From positions 1 to 51,049 of IMG/VR virus record IMGVR_UViG_3300021066_000002: 51,049 nt of DNA; one strand, given 5' to 3'. This DNA comes from a virus (Duplodnaviria > Caudoviricetes). Below the pieces are notes generated by a model. That model saw only the letters and a list, made by a program, of their open reading frames with translations. It did not search any database and was not told the DNA's origin. Both the position numbers and the translations under genes were made by a program. This document shows, piece after piece, positions 25,814 through 35,546 of the stretch; positions within the stretch are counted from its first letter, which is position 1, and each line of letters opens with the position of its first letter.

Positions 25814-27426
25814 CCGCATCCACCGCCCCCACGATCGACCGCGCAGCCGCCCAGGCGGAGCTCGAAAAGAAGCTCCACCAAATCCGGCAGCTCGAGCAGC
25901 TCCAGGCGCTCGCCGAGGGGCGCGAGCAGCTCTTGCGGTTCTGCGAGCTCACCATGGAGGATCCGACCGCACCGGACGACCGGACCAAGACCCGGTTCTC
26001 CCGGCAGCGGCACCATGTCGAGATCGCCAAGGCGCTGGAGGCCGTCGAGCGCGGCGAGCTCCGCCGCCTCATCATCACCATGCCGCCGCGCCACGGAAAG
26101 TCCGAGCTCGCCTCCCGCCGCTTTCCGGCCTGGTTCGTCGGCCAGGATCCCTACCGCTCCGTGATTTTCGGGACATACAACTCCGACCTGGCCCTCGACT
26201 TCGGCCGCGACGTCCGCGAGATCATGATCTCCCCGGTCTACGGTCAGATCTTCCCCGGCGTGCAGCTCCGCAAAGGCTCCAAGGCGGCCGACCGCATGGA
26301 GACCACCCGCGGCGGCAAGCTGTTCTTCGCCGGCGCCGGCGAGGGTCTCACCGGCCGCGGCGCCGACCTGTTGCTGATCGACGATCCGCTCAAGGACCGC
26401 AAGGAAGCCGACAGCCCGACGATCCGCAACGACCGGTGGAAGTGGTTCACCGAGGTTGCCATGACCAGGCTTTCCGCCGATGGCGGGCTAGTCGTCGTCA
26501 TCATGACCCGGTGGCACGACGACGACATCATCGGCCGGCTCACCGACCCCAACAACGATATGTACAACCCCGAGCTCGCCAAGGGGTGGCACATCCTCGA
26601 GCTGCCGGCGCTCGCCGGCGACGAAGATCCGATCGGCCGCGAGCCCGGAGAGGCGCTCTGGCCGTCGAAATACTCGGCGCAGTGGCTAGCCAACCAGCGG
26701 TCTCTCCTCGGCCCCCGGGCGTTCTCGGCGCTCTACCAGTGCTCGCCGACCCCGGACGAAGGCGACTTCTTCAAGCGGGAATGGCTGCACTTCTACTCGC
26801 CGGCCGACGTCCCGAAAGCCCTGCGGATCTACGCCGCCTCGGATCATGCCGTGAAGAAGGATCAGGATCGGGACGCGACTTGCCTGCTCATCGCCGGCGT
26901 CGACGCGGCTGACGACATCTGGATCCTGGAGGCGTGGTGGCGCCGCGAGAAGACCGACAAGGTGGTCGACGCCATGGTGGAGCTCATGCGCCGGTGGCAA
27001 CCGATCACCTGGTGGGCGGAAAAGGGACACATCTCACAGTCGATCGGCCCGTTCCTCGAGAAGCGCATGCGTGAGGAGAAGCTGTACCGCACCGTTATCG
27101 ACGAGAAGACCCCGACCCAGGACAAGCAGCAGCGCGCGCAGTCGATCCGTGGCCGGATGGCGATGGGCAAGGTCCACTTCCCAGCGCACGTCCCCTGGCG
27201 CGCCGACGCCATGGGCGAGCTCCTCCGGTTCCCGAGCGCGGCGCATGACGACTTTGTCGACGCGCTCGCGTATATTGGCCTCGGCCTGGCCGAACAGCGC
27301 GGCCCGCGTCGGAAATTGCAGGAGACAACGGCCACCGAACCCCGCACGGGCTCTCTGGCCTGGATGAAGATGATGGCGAACTACAAGAAGGCCGAGGCGG
27401 CGCGCGCCGTAGCCGGAGGGTTCTGA
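25810..27426 (+). CDS. terL: Terminase large subunit
   Basis: MPPRHGKS, TGRGADLLLIDDP, MTRWHDDD, nuclease AASD...HDDFVDA. Confidence 0.95.
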   Translation: MTASTAPTIDRAAAQAELEKKLHQIRQLEQLQALAEGREQLLRFCELTMEDPTAPDDRTKTRFSRQRHHVEIAKALEAVERGELRRLIITMPPRHGKSELASRRFPAWFVGQDPYRSVIFGTYNSDLALDFGRDVREIMISPVYGQIFPGVQLRKGSKAADRMETTRGGKLFFAGAGEGLTGRGADLLLIDDPLKDRKEADSPTIRNDRWKWFTEVAMTRLSADGGLVVVIMTRWHDDDIIGRLTDPNNDMYNPELAKGWHILELPALAGDEDPIGREPGEALWPSKYSAQWLANQRSLLGPRAFSALYQCSPTPDEGDFFKREWLHFYSPADVPKALRIYAASDHAVKKDQDRDATCLLIAGVDAADDIWILEAWWRREKTDKVVDAMVELMRRWQPITWWAEKGHISQSIGPFLEKRMREEKLYRTVIDEKTPTQDKQQRAQSIRGRMAMGKVHFPAHVPWRADAMGELLRFPSAAHDDFVDALAYIGLGLAEQRGPRRKLQETTATEPRTGSLAWMKMMANYKKAEAARAVAGGF

Positions 27427-27430
27427 GGTT

Positions 27431-27466
27431 CCAGCGTCGGGAGACGCCGGTGCCCATTTGAAGGAA
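27431..27466 (+). repeat. Leader repeat with GNRA hairpin, copy 1 (portal)
   Basis: 32/36 identical to 29958-29993; GCGTC-GGGA-GACGC. Confidence 0.7.
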
Positions 27467-27473
27467 AGCTTCA

Positions 27474-29789
27474 ATGGCTGGCATGTTCACTGAGGACGAA
27501 GCGGCTGAAGACGCAACTACCGCGCCCGCTGTCCAGAATGCCCCGGCAGGCGACACCGACGGCGACCAGGTTTCCACCATGCGCCGGGATCCGCCGGATC
27601 CGACCGCCGAGCGCAAGGCGCTCGTCAAGAAGATGCTCGCCATGGCGAAGCGCGCCGAAGCCCGCTGGCGCAAGGACTTCACGCGGATGAACGAGAACAT
27701 CCGGTTCGCCCGCGGCATCGGCCAGTGGGTGGGCGGCGCCGTCGACGCCTACGTCGCCAACATCGCCCAGCGCCACGTCCAGCAGCGCACCGCTGCGCTT
27801 TATGCCAAGAACCCGGTGTTCATGGTCAAGCGCCGGGAGACCATGGACTTTTTCGTGTGGGACGAGAACCCGGCTAGCCTGCAGGCGGCGACCGCGATGA
27901 TCGCCCCGCCACCGCCCGCCGCGGCGCCGGGTGCCGGCCACAACGGCGGCCCGCCACTGGAGGACGAAGGCGCCCCCGAGGCAGCGGCCGCCGCGCCGGT
28001 CCCGCCGCCCGTCGACCCGCAGAAGATGGCGGCCGCGGCCATGCTGCTTGCCGATGTCGAGGCCGGCATGAAGCGCCGGCAGCTCATGGATAACGTGGCG
28101 CGCACCACGAAGATCGTTCTCAACCAGCAGCTCTCGGCGCAGCAGCCGCCATTCAAGATCTCGATGAAGGCCGCTGTCCGGCGCGCCATCACCACATCCG
28201 TCGCCTGGGTCAAGATCGACTTCCAGCGCGAGATGGGACACCCGCAGCCGACCGTCCGCGCGATCGCCGACGCCAAGCGCGAGCTGGAGCACCTGGAGGC
28301 GCAGATCAAGGATATGCAGGACGGCCAGCTCGACGAGACCGCGGCGGAGCGCGAGCAAATCCGCCTCAAGCTGCAATCGCTGCAGAACGAGCAAGAAGTT
28401 CCGATCCGCGAGGGCATCGTCTACGAGTTCCTGCCGTCGGACGCCATCATGGTCGACCCGAAGTGCCGGGACATCCGCCGCCTCACCGGCGCCGACTACG
28501 TGGTCGAGAAACTGTGCCTCACGATCGACCGGATCAAGGAGCTGTACGACTGCGACCTGACCGGCAAGGTCGGGACCGGGCGCGACAGCGAAGACACTAA
28601 GTGGCGCACCTGGGGCCAGGGCGGCGAGGGCGGCGGCGACGACGCCAAGTACCGCTCCACCGACAAGGGCGACAAGCCGGTCAACGTCTACCTACTCCAC
28701 CACAAGCCGTCCGGCCTGGTCTACACCATGGCCGATGGCTACGAGGACTTCCTGGTCGAGCCGGCCGCGCCGAACGTCAAGCTCACCCGGTTCTGGCAGT
28801 ACGTCCCGCTCTGCTTCAACGAGCTCGAGGCCGAGGACAAGTCGACGATCTACCCGCCGAGCGACATCGACTTGCTCAAGCCGATGCAGCGCGAGTACAA
28901 CCGCGCTCGCCAGGGCCTACGCGAGCACCGCCAGGCGAACCGCCCGGCCTGGGTGACGCCGGAGGGCGCGCTGGAGGAGGAGGATAAGGAGAACCTCCGC
29001 ACCCACCCGCTCGGCGCGGTGATTGAGCTGACGGCGCTCGGCGCCGAGGACGACATCAAGAAGAAGATCCAGGCGCTCCCGACCACCCCGGTCGACCCGG
29101 GGCTGTACGACGTCGCGCCGATCTTCCAGGACATCGAGCGCGTGATCGGCAGCCAGGCGGCCGCGCTCGGCGGGCTCAGCGACGACGCGACGGCCACCGA
29201 GGTTTCGGTGTCCGAGGGCGCGCGCATGTCATCGATCGGCTCCAACATCGACGACCTGGACGATTTCCTCTCCGAGCTGGCGCGCGCCTCCGGCGAGATC
29301 GCCTTCGCCGAGTTCTCCCTGGCGACCGTGCAGAAGATCGCCGGCAAGGGCGCGGCCTGGCCGCAGGCGACCCGGCAGGACATCGCCGAGAACCTGATGG
29401 TAGACTTCGAGGCCGGCAGCTCCGGCCGGCCGAACAAGGCGCAGGAGGTCCAGAATTTCACCCAGCTCGCGCCGATGTTGATGCAGATCCCCGGCATCAC
29501 CGCGGACTGGCTGGCGCGCCAGGCGGTCAAGGTCTACGACGACCGCATCGACCCGACCGACGCGATCATCGCCGGCATGCCTTCGATCCAGGCACAGAAC
29601 GGGCTTGCGACGCCGTCGACAGGCGTGCCGGGCACCGATCCGAACGCCCAAGGCCCGCAGGGCGGCGCCAACGCGCCTGGCCTGCCCGGGCAGAACGCGC
29701 CGCCGATGCCACAGCAGCCTGACCAGGTCGACCCCGCCGGCGGTCTCCCGCCGCGCCCGGCGGCCAGCCCTGGCCTGCCCGGTCTGTAG
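27474..29789 (+). CDS. Portal protein
   Basis: 771 aa directly after terL; ALYAKNP, TATE, EAGSSGRPN patterns; Pro/Gly-rich tail. Confidence 0.88.
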   Translation: MAGMFTEDEAAEDATTAPAVQNAPAGDTDGDQVSTMRRDPPDPTAERKALVKKMLAMAKRAEARWRKDFTRMNENIRFARGIGQWVGGAVDAYVANIAQRHVQQRTAALYAKNPVFMVKRRETMDFFVWDENPASLQAATAMIAPPPPAAAPGAGHNGGPPLEDEGAPEAAAAAPVPPPVDPQKMAAAAMLLADVEAGMKRRQLMDNVARTTKIVLNQQLSAQQPPFKISMKAAVRRAITTSVAWVKIDFQREMGHPQPTVRAIADAKRELEHLEAQIKDMQDGQLDETAAEREQIRLKLQSLQNEQEVPIREGIVYEFLPSDAIMVDPKCRDIRRLTGADYVVEKLCLTIDRIKELYDCDLTGKVGTGRDSEDTKWRTWGQGGEGGGDDAKYRSTDKGDKPVNVYLLHHKPSGLVYTMADGYEDFLVEPAAPNVKLTRFWQYVPLCFNELEAEDKSTIYPPSDIDLLKPMQREYNRARQGLREHRQANRPAWVTPEGALEEEDKENLRTHPLGAVIELTALGAEDDIKKKIQALPTTPVDPGLYDVAPIFQDIERVIGSQAAALGGLSDDATATEVSVSEGARMSSIGSNIDDLDDFLSELARASGEIAFAEFSLATVQKIAGKGAAWPQATRQDIAENLMVDFEAGSSGRPNKAQEVQNFTQLAPMLMQIPGITADWLARQAVKVYDDRIDPTDAIIAGMPSIQAQNGLATPSTGVPGTDPNAQGPQGGANAPGLPGQNAPPMPQQPDQVDPAGGLPPRPAASPGLPGL

Positions 29790-29835
29790 GTTTTCGGGAC
29801 AGACAGTTGACGCCAATGGCGCCGCCCTGTAGCGT
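29785..29835 (+). promoter_or_regulatory. Operator plus sigma70 promoter for tRNA/scaffold/capsid
   Basis: TGTAGG-N9-CAGACA (29785-29805), then TTGACG(29807)-N17-TAGCGT(29830). Confidence 0.7.
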
Positions 29836-29858
29836 CGTAGGTGCATCGGCCGGTTCGT

Positions 29859-29931
29859 AGCGGGATGGCGCAGTAGCTAGCGCGTCCGGCTCATAACCGG
29901 AAGGACGAGAGTGCAAATCTCTCTCCCGCCA
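29859..29931 (+). tRNA. tRNA-Met (CAT), initiator-like but atypical; CCA not encoded
   Basis: Cloverleaf AGCGGGA/TCCCGCC, GCGC/GCGC, TCCGG-CTCATAA-CCGGA, GAGAG-TGCAAAT-CTCTC. Confidence 0.85.
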
Positions 29932-29957
29932 CAAACCGGCCGGTGAAGTTTTGGGCA

Positions 29958-29993
29958 CCAGCGTCGTGAGACGCCGGATCCCGTTTGAAGGAA
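29958..29993 (+). repeat. Leader repeat with GNRA hairpin, copy 2 (scaffold)
   Basis: GCGTC-GTGA-GACGC followed by TTTGAAGGAA. Confidence 0.7.
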
Positions 29994-30001
29994 GGCGCTA
30001 A

Positions 30002-31180
30002 ATGCCCATGGCTTCGCCAGCCGGGGACGACGTCGAAGACGTCGTAGATCTCGCTGCGGCTACCCCGACGCAGCTCGCCGACCAGCCGACCGGTGACACG
30101 CCGCCGGCTGATGACACTTCTCCGGGCGCCAAGCCGGGCGAACAGCCTGGCGGCGGGACCTCGCCCGACCCGTCGAAGGACGAACCGCAATCCGTCGAGG
30201 ACGCGGTCAGCCGAGCCGCCCGCACGCTCACCGAGCGTCGCAAGGCACTCCGCGCGACCAAGAATGTCGGCGACCGGAATGCGGCCAGTGGCTCGTCCAC
30301 CACCGAGAAAGGCCAAAAGCCAGTCGACCCGAACGCTGCGCCGAAGCCCGGAGAGGGCGACGACAAGGCGGCCGAGGAAGACACGCGGTTCGACAAGCAT
30401 CCGCGGTTCCGGAAGATCATCGGCGAACGCGACGCGCTCGGGAAGCGCGTCAAGGAGCTGGAAACCCTGGAGCCGGACGCCCAGCAGTTCCGCCAGATCA
30501 GCAAGTTCGTCACCGACAACGGCCTCTCCAACGACGAGGTCGGGCAGTTGTTCCAGGTGGGGGCCTTGCTGAAAAACGACCCGTTCGCCGCGTACCAGGC
30601 GATCGAGCCGATCTGGAACAAGCTGCAGGCGCTCGTTGGCAACGTCCTCCCGCCGGACATTCAGGACCGATTGGACAAGGGCGCGATCGACGAGGAAACC
30701 GCACGCGAGCTCGCGCGGGCCCGCGGCCAGACGCAAGTCCGGGCCGGGCAGGACGAGTTGGCGCAGCGCCGTCAACGGCAAGCCGACGAGGCGGCCGAGC
30801 GGCAGCGGCAATCGGAGGCGCAGGCAGCGCAGCTCACGGAGTTCGCCGGAGCGGTGGATGCCTACTGGAACACGCTCGCGGCTCGCGATCCCGATCTCGC
30901 CGAGAAACTCGATCTGGTTGAAGGCCGAGTTGCCGTGTTGATCCAGCGTGAGGGTATGCCCCGCACGAAGGAGCAGGCGGTCGCCATGACGAAGAAAGCC
31001 TACGAGGAGGTCTCCAAGACCTTCGGGCGCTTCGGCCAGGCGGCAGGCAAGGGCAGCACCCGTCCGTCTCCCAGCTCGCACTCAAACGCCCGCGGCGCGG
31101 CGCCGGAGACCCCGGCCCAGGCGGGTTCGCTGATGGAGGCCATGCAGATCGGCCTCTCTCGCACTCGCGGCGCCGCATAG
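30002..31180 (+). CDS. Capsid scaffolding protein
   Basis: Lies between portal and capsid; acidic disordered N-terminus, FDKHPRF motif, coiled coil. Confidence 0.75.
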   Translation: MPMASPAGDDVEDVVDLAAATPTQLADQPTGDTPPADDTSPGAKPGEQPGGGTSPDPSKDEPQSVEDAVSRAARTLTERRKALRATKNVGDRNAASGSSTTEKGQKPVDPNAAPKPGEGDDKAAEEDTRFDKHPRFRKIIGERDALGKRVKELETLEPDAQQFRQISKFVTDNGLSNDEVGQLFQVGALLKNDPFAAYQAIEPIWNKLQALVGNVLPPDIQDRLDKGAIDEETARELARARGQTQVRAGQDELAQRRQRQADEAAERQRQSEAQAAQLTEFAGAVDAYWNTLAARDPDLAEKLDLVEGRVAVLIQREGMPRTKEQAVAMTKKAYEEVSKTFGRFGQAAGKGSTRPSPSSHSNARGAAPETPAQAGSLMEAMQIGLSRTRGAA

Positions 31181-31181
31181 C

Positions 31182-31202
31182 TGTCGGTTTTAAGGACCGA
31201 CA
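31182..31202 (+). promoter_or_regulatory. 21-bp operator before the capsid RBS
   Basis: TGTCGG-TTTTAAGGA-CCGACA with perfect arms. Confidence 0.65.
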
Positions 31203-31217
31203 ACAGGAGAATGTGTC

Positions 31218-32264
31218 GTGGCTCTTTCCGCTGACGAAGTCGCAAATATCGCCAACGCCGCTCTGGAGTTCTACGTGAAGGGCAAGCCCCTGGCGTCGGA
31301 CATCCAGGAGAAGCCGCTGTACGAGACCATGATCTCGAAGCAGAAGACGTTCTCCGGCGGCAAGGACAACATCTCGGTCCCAGTGAAGCTGGCGCACAGC
31401 ATCACCATCCAGGGCTACACGCACGACGATGAGACCGGGTATCAGAACCCGACCAACATCCGGCGCGCGGCGTATCCGTGGAAGGAAATCCACGCCGGCA
31501 TCACGATCTCGTTCACCGAGCTCAAGAAGGACGGCATCGAGGTTGTCGACACGCTCGACGGCTCCGAGACGTCCGAGAACCCGGGCCGCGAGATGCACGT
31601 CCTCTCCGGCATCCTCGAGGACAAGCTGGAGGAGATGGGCGAGGGCTGGGCGCGCAGTTTCAATGAGATGCTGTGGCTCGACGGTTCCCAGGACAGCCTT
31701 GTGGTCCCGGGCATCCAGGCGCTTATCACCGACACGCCGACCACGGGCACCGTCGGCGGCATCGACCGCGCCTCCAACCCGCTGTGGCAGAACCGCGCGC
31801 TGGTCGGTGCGAACAAGATCACCCACTCGACGTCCTCGCAGACGCTCACGAAGACCCTGCGTGCCGAGGCGCGGCAGCTCCGCCGTTACGGCGGTCGGCC
31901 GTCGCTCATCCTCTGCGGCTCGGGCTTCATCGAGAAGCTGGAGAACGAGGTCCACGAGAAGGGCACCTACACCCAGCAGGGCTTCGTCAACAAGGGGAAG
32001 ACCGACATCGGCATGGCGGTCATCTCCATGATGGGTGTCGGCGACTTCATGTACGACCCGACGCTGGACGACCTGGACCGCGAGAACTTCGCCTACTTCA
32101 TCGACCCGAAGCATCTCAAGCTGTGGGTCATGAAGGGTGAGGATCGCAAGGTCCACAACCCGGCACGGCCCTACAACCGCTACGTCCTGTATCGCGGCAT
32201 GACCTGGTCCGGCGGCTTCGTGATGGATCAGGGCAACTGCCACGGCGTCTACGAGGCCGCGTAG
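31218..32264 (+). CDS. Major capsid protein
   Basis: 348 aa; AGGAG RBS; follows scaffold; GTVGGIDR...W.N pattern; strong codon bias. Confidence 0.88.
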   Translation: MALSADEVANIANAALEFYVKGKPLASDIQEKPLYETMISKQKTFSGGKDNISVPVKLAHSITIQGYTHDDETGYQNPTNIRRAAYPWKEIHAGITISFTELKKDGIEVVDTLDGSETSENPGREMHVLSGILEDKLEEMGEGWARSFNEMLWLDGSQDSLVVPGIQALITDTPTTGTVGGIDRASNPLWQNRALVGANKITHSTSSQTLTKTLRAEARQLRRYGGRPSLILCGSGFIEKLENEVHEKGTYTQQGFVNKGKTDIGMAVISMMGVGDFMYDPTLDDLDRENFAYFIDPKHLKLWVMKGEDRKVHNPARPYNRYVLYRGMTWSGGFVMDQGNCHGVYEAA

Positions 32265-32296
32265 TCCTCTGCGCGGCGGCCGGGGCAACTCGGCCA

Positions 32297-32330
32297 CGGC
32301 GGGCGATCTTAGGGGTGGGATCGCCCGCCG
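32297..32330 (+). terminator. 12-bp hairpin after the capsid gene (terminator or stabiliser)
   Basis: CGGCGGGCGATC-N10-GATCGCCCGCCG; no clear U tract. Confidence 0.4.
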
Positions 32331-32360
32331 ACTTGCGCCACCCCGATATGAGGCCATCCC

Positions 32361-32909
32361 ATGCAGGTTTGCGACATCACTTTCGTCACTCGGGACCAGA
32401 AGAACGGCGGCGAGCAAATCCTGTTCTCCAACCCGAAGCTGGGTGTCACCGTCGCCGAGATCGCGCTTCTGCGCTCGATCCATGGTGCCAACAGCGTCGT
32501 CGACATCCGCCCCACCATCAACGACAAGCGGCCGCACGCCCTCGAGCTGGCGCGGCTGACCAAGCGCTACGGCGAGAAGGCGATCGAGAAGGCTTGGCCC
32601 GGCGCCGTGAAGCGGCTGCCGGTGCAGCTCATCGAAATCGGCGAGGACGTCCACGCGCTCATGGAGGCGATGGACGACGAGCCGGAGGCGGAGAGGCCGG
32701 AAGACGGTGACAGCCGTGTGCCGGCCGCGACCCGCCCCGTGGTCGCTGCTCGCCCGGTGCAGAAGCGCCACAAGAGCAAGTCCAAGGCGCCCAAGGGGAA
32801 GCGCAAGCGCGGCGTCTACGGCGCGACCGACGACGACGACGACGTCCCCGTGACCGACAACCTGGTCGGCGGTGGGACCACGACCGTCCAGGCGCAGGCG
32901 GCGGGCTAG
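32361..32909 (+). CDS. Hypothetical morphogenesis protein
   Basis: GAGG RBS; VTVAEIALLRSIHG; position after capsid. Confidence 0.7.
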   Translation: MQVCDITFVTRDQKNGGEQILFSNPKLGVTVAEIALLRSIHGANSVVDIRPTINDKRPHALELARLTKRYGEKAIEKAWPGAVKRLPVQLIEIGEDVHALMEAMDDEPEAERPEDGDSRVPAATRPVVAARPVQKRHKSKSKAPKGKRKRGVYGATDDDDDVPVTDNLVGGGTTTVQAQAAG

Positions 32910-32912
32910 TCC

Positions 32913-33644
32913 ATGGCCCGCGGCACCCAGCTCGCGACGCTTCTGGCTATGGTGCGCCACGAGGCGCGCATGTCGGACAGCGTCGCGCTGGGCCGTAACA
33001 GTCGAGCCGCGCTTGTCGGTCACATCCAGCGGATCCAGAGCCAGCTCTGGCTCGATCACGATTGGGAGCACATGAAGGTCTATCGGGACGTGGCTCTGGC
33101 CGCCGGCCAGCAGTTCTACGACTTCCCGGCAGACCTGGCGTTCGAGCGCGTGATTTGGGTCAAGGTGCGCGAGAGCACCGACGGCCAGTGGCTCCCGAGC
33201 GGCGACAAGTCGAGCCTGCCGTTCGGCATCGGCCCGGAGCACTACAACGTCTACGACAGCGAGGCCGACGTCCGCTCGTCGCCGGTGCTCCGCTGGGCCT
33301 ACCACGCCGACGACACCGACGATGGCGACCAGATCGAGGTTTGGCCGCTGCCGTCCGACAACACCCAGACACTCCGGCTTCGCGGCATCCGCTCGCTGGG
33401 CTCGCTGATCGCCGACACCGACACCGCAGACCTGGACGACAACCTGATCGCCACCATGGTCGCGGCCGAGCTCCTGGCGCACGCCGGAGCCAAGGACGCG
33501 CAGGCGAAGCTTGCGGCGTCGCAACGGATCTTCCGCCGCCTCACCGGCCGCGCCGGCAAGACCAAGATGTTCGTCATGGGCGGCGGCGCTCAGCAGACAG
33601 ACCGCAAGCCGGTGGAGCTGCGCGCCGTCTACAACGCGAGCTAG
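32913..33644 (+). CDS. Head-tail adaptor (tail tubular protein A-like)
   Basis: Size and position; IEVWPLP motif. Confidence 0.7.
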   Translation: MARGTQLATLLAMVRHEARMSDSVALGRNSRAALVGHIQRIQSQLWLDHDWEHMKVYRDVALAAGQQFYDFPADLAFERVIWVKVRESTDGQWLPSGDKSSLPFGIGPEHYNVYDSEADVRSSPVLRWAYHADDTDDGDQIEVWPLPSDNTQTLRLRGIRSLGSLIADTDTADLDDNLIATMVAAELLAHAGAKDAQAKLAASQRIFRRLTGRAGKTKMFVMGGGAQQTDRKPVELRAVYNAS

Positions 33645-33647
33645 CCC

Positions 33648-35057
33648 ATGGCCTATGTTGTCGTCGAGGACTTCCGGCTCGGGCTCGATACCCGCCGCTC
33701 GCTGCTCGTGGCGCCGGCCGGCTCGCTGCAGAAGTGTCAGAACGCCCACATCAACCGCGGCGGCGAGATCGAGAAGCGCAAGGCGCTGGTCGCCAAGTAT
33801 TCCCTCCCGGTCGGCACCTTCGGCTTGGCGACGACTGGCTCCGGCAGGTACGTCTTCGGCTCCGGCGCGTCGCCCTCCGGCCTGCCCGCCGGCGTCACCT
33901 ACCAGCAGCTCGCTCACCCGACGGCGGCGACCGCCATGTCGGCGATCCTCGACACCACGACTTTCGACGGCAAGGTGTTCGCCATCGCGCAGTATGAGAA
34001 CGGCGACATCTTCCCGTTCTACAACGGCACGCTGATCGCCGCCTTTCAGTCCGGATCCGGAGCGCCGGTCGCCGGGCTACAGCCCACGTGCTGCCTGGCC
34101 TTCGGCAAGAAGGTCTATGTTGGCATCGGCTCCAAGATCTACTTCTGCAAGATCGACGATCCGACCGACTGGAGCGGCACAGGTGCCGGCAATATCCCGC
34201 TCAACAACACCTATGCCGGCTCCACCGGCGTCACCGGCATCGGTGTGTTCGGTAGTAGCCTCGTGTTCTACGCTGGGCTGGCGACGCAGATCTGGTACAT
34301 CGATCCGGACCCGACGCTCAACCGACAGCTCCAGACGCTCCCGAATATCGGGACGACCGCGCAGCGCAGCGTGGTTCAGTTCGGCGACACCGACAGTTTC
34401 ATGCTCGCCTACTCCGGCGTGCGCTCGATCCGCCCGCGGTCGGGCTCGGACAACGGCACGATCAGCGACATCGGGACGCCGGTCGACACTCTCTTGATTG
34501 CCGCGATGCGCGCCGCCGGCGCTACCGCCACCGCGGCCGCCGCCGGCAACCTGGATCCGAACGACGGCCGGTACATGCTGGCGATCGGCGGAACCGTCTA
34601 CTGTTTCACCTATTTCGACGCCTCGAAGATCTCGGCGTGGTCGACCTATGTGCCGGGCTTCACGATCACGGATTGGGCCAACTTCAACAACCAGGTCTTC
34701 TGCCGGGCTGGCGACACGATCTATTTGCTCGGCGGCGACACCGGGGAGGAGTACGACGAGAGCGAGGTCATCGTCGATCTGCCCTACATCGACGCCCGCA
34801 AGAGCGCGACCATGAAGTCGCTGCACGGCATCGACATCGCGCTCGAGGGTGTGTGGCAAGTCTACGTCGGCACCGACCCGGAGAACCCAGACACCCGAGA
34901 GCTCGTCGGCACGGTGCGTGAGAGCACTTTCCAGTTCGACAAGGCAACCATGGATGTCCTCGGCCCGGCGGTGCAGATCCGCTTGGTCAACAACTCCTCG
35001 GGCGCCGCCAAGGTGTCCATGGTCGTTGTGCACTACGAGCCCCACCCCACCCGATAG
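33648..35057 (+). CDS. Tail nozzle / tubular protein B-like (beta-propeller)
   Basis: Beta-rich; DFRLGLD N-terminus, AWS motif; podovirus gene order. Confidence 0.75.
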   Translation: MAYVVVEDFRLGLDTRRSLLVAPAGSLQKCQNAHINRGGEIEKRKALVAKYSLPVGTFGLATTGSGRYVFGSGASPSGLPAGVTYQQLAHPTAATAMSAILDTTTFDGKVFAIAQYENGDIFPFYNGTLIAAFQSGSGAPVAGLQPTCCLAFGKKVYVGIGSKIYFCKIDDPTDWSGTGAGNIPLNNTYAGSTGVTGIGVFGSSLVFYAGLATQIWYIDPDPTLNRQLQTLPNIGTTAQRSVVQFGDTDSFMLAYSGVRSIRPRSGSDNGTISDIGTPVDTLLIAAMRAAGATATAAAAGNLDPNDGRYMLAIGGTVYCFTYFDASKISAWSTYVPGFTITDWANFNNQVFCRAGDTIYLLGGDTGEEYDESEVIVDLPYIDARKSATMKSLHGIDIALEGVWQVYVGTDPENPDTRELVGTVRESTFQFDKATMDVLGPAVQIRLVNNSSGAAKVSMVVVHYEPHPTR

Positions 35058-35063
35058 GCGCCT

Positions 35064-35537
35064 ATGTCCCGCCCCGTCGAGATCATCCACAAGCCTGGCT
35101 TCCCCATCGTCCACTTCATCGCCCGCAACATGCGGGAGTGGGACCGGCGCGAGATCTTCGCCTTGCGCTGGGATGACGACCCGGCCGGCGTCGCAAGGGA
35201 CGTCATGCTCAGCGGCGAGACCTCTTGGGCGGCCCTGGTCGACGGCATCCCGGCAGTGGCATTCGGGACGCTGGCGCTCTGGCCTGGTGTCTGGTCGATG
35301 TGGGCTTTCGGGACCGACGATTTCCGGCATGCCGTAATCAGGGTGACACGTATGATCCGGCGGGTTATCATCCCGGGCATGGTCCGCGCCGGCGCTCGGC
35401 GAGCCCAGGCGTACTCCATGGCCGGGCACGACGACGCGCAACGCTGGCTGGAGAGCTGGGGCGCCAGGCGCGAGAGCGTTGCGCCGGGCTTCGGGCGAGG
35501 CGGCGAGGACTACTACCTGTACGTCCGAACCCCGTAG
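35064..35537 (+). CDS. GNAT-like protein (T7 gp13-like position)
   Basis: NMREWDRREI, WAFGTD, AQRWLESWG. Confidence 0.7.
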   Translation: MSRPVEIIHKPGFPIVHFIARNMREWDRREIFALRWDDDPAGVARDVMLSGETSWAALVDGIPAVAFGTLALWPGVWSMWAFGTDDFRHAVIRVTRMIRRVIIPGMVRAGARRAQAYSMAGHDDAQRWLESWGARRESVAPGFGRGGEDYYLYVRTP

Positions 35538-35546
35538 GAGAGCGGC

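Noticed and set aside
29859-29931. tRNA as the attP site
   Set aside because: It lies about 19 kb from int within the head operon and is too divergent to restore a host tRNA; integration there would split the morphogenesis genes
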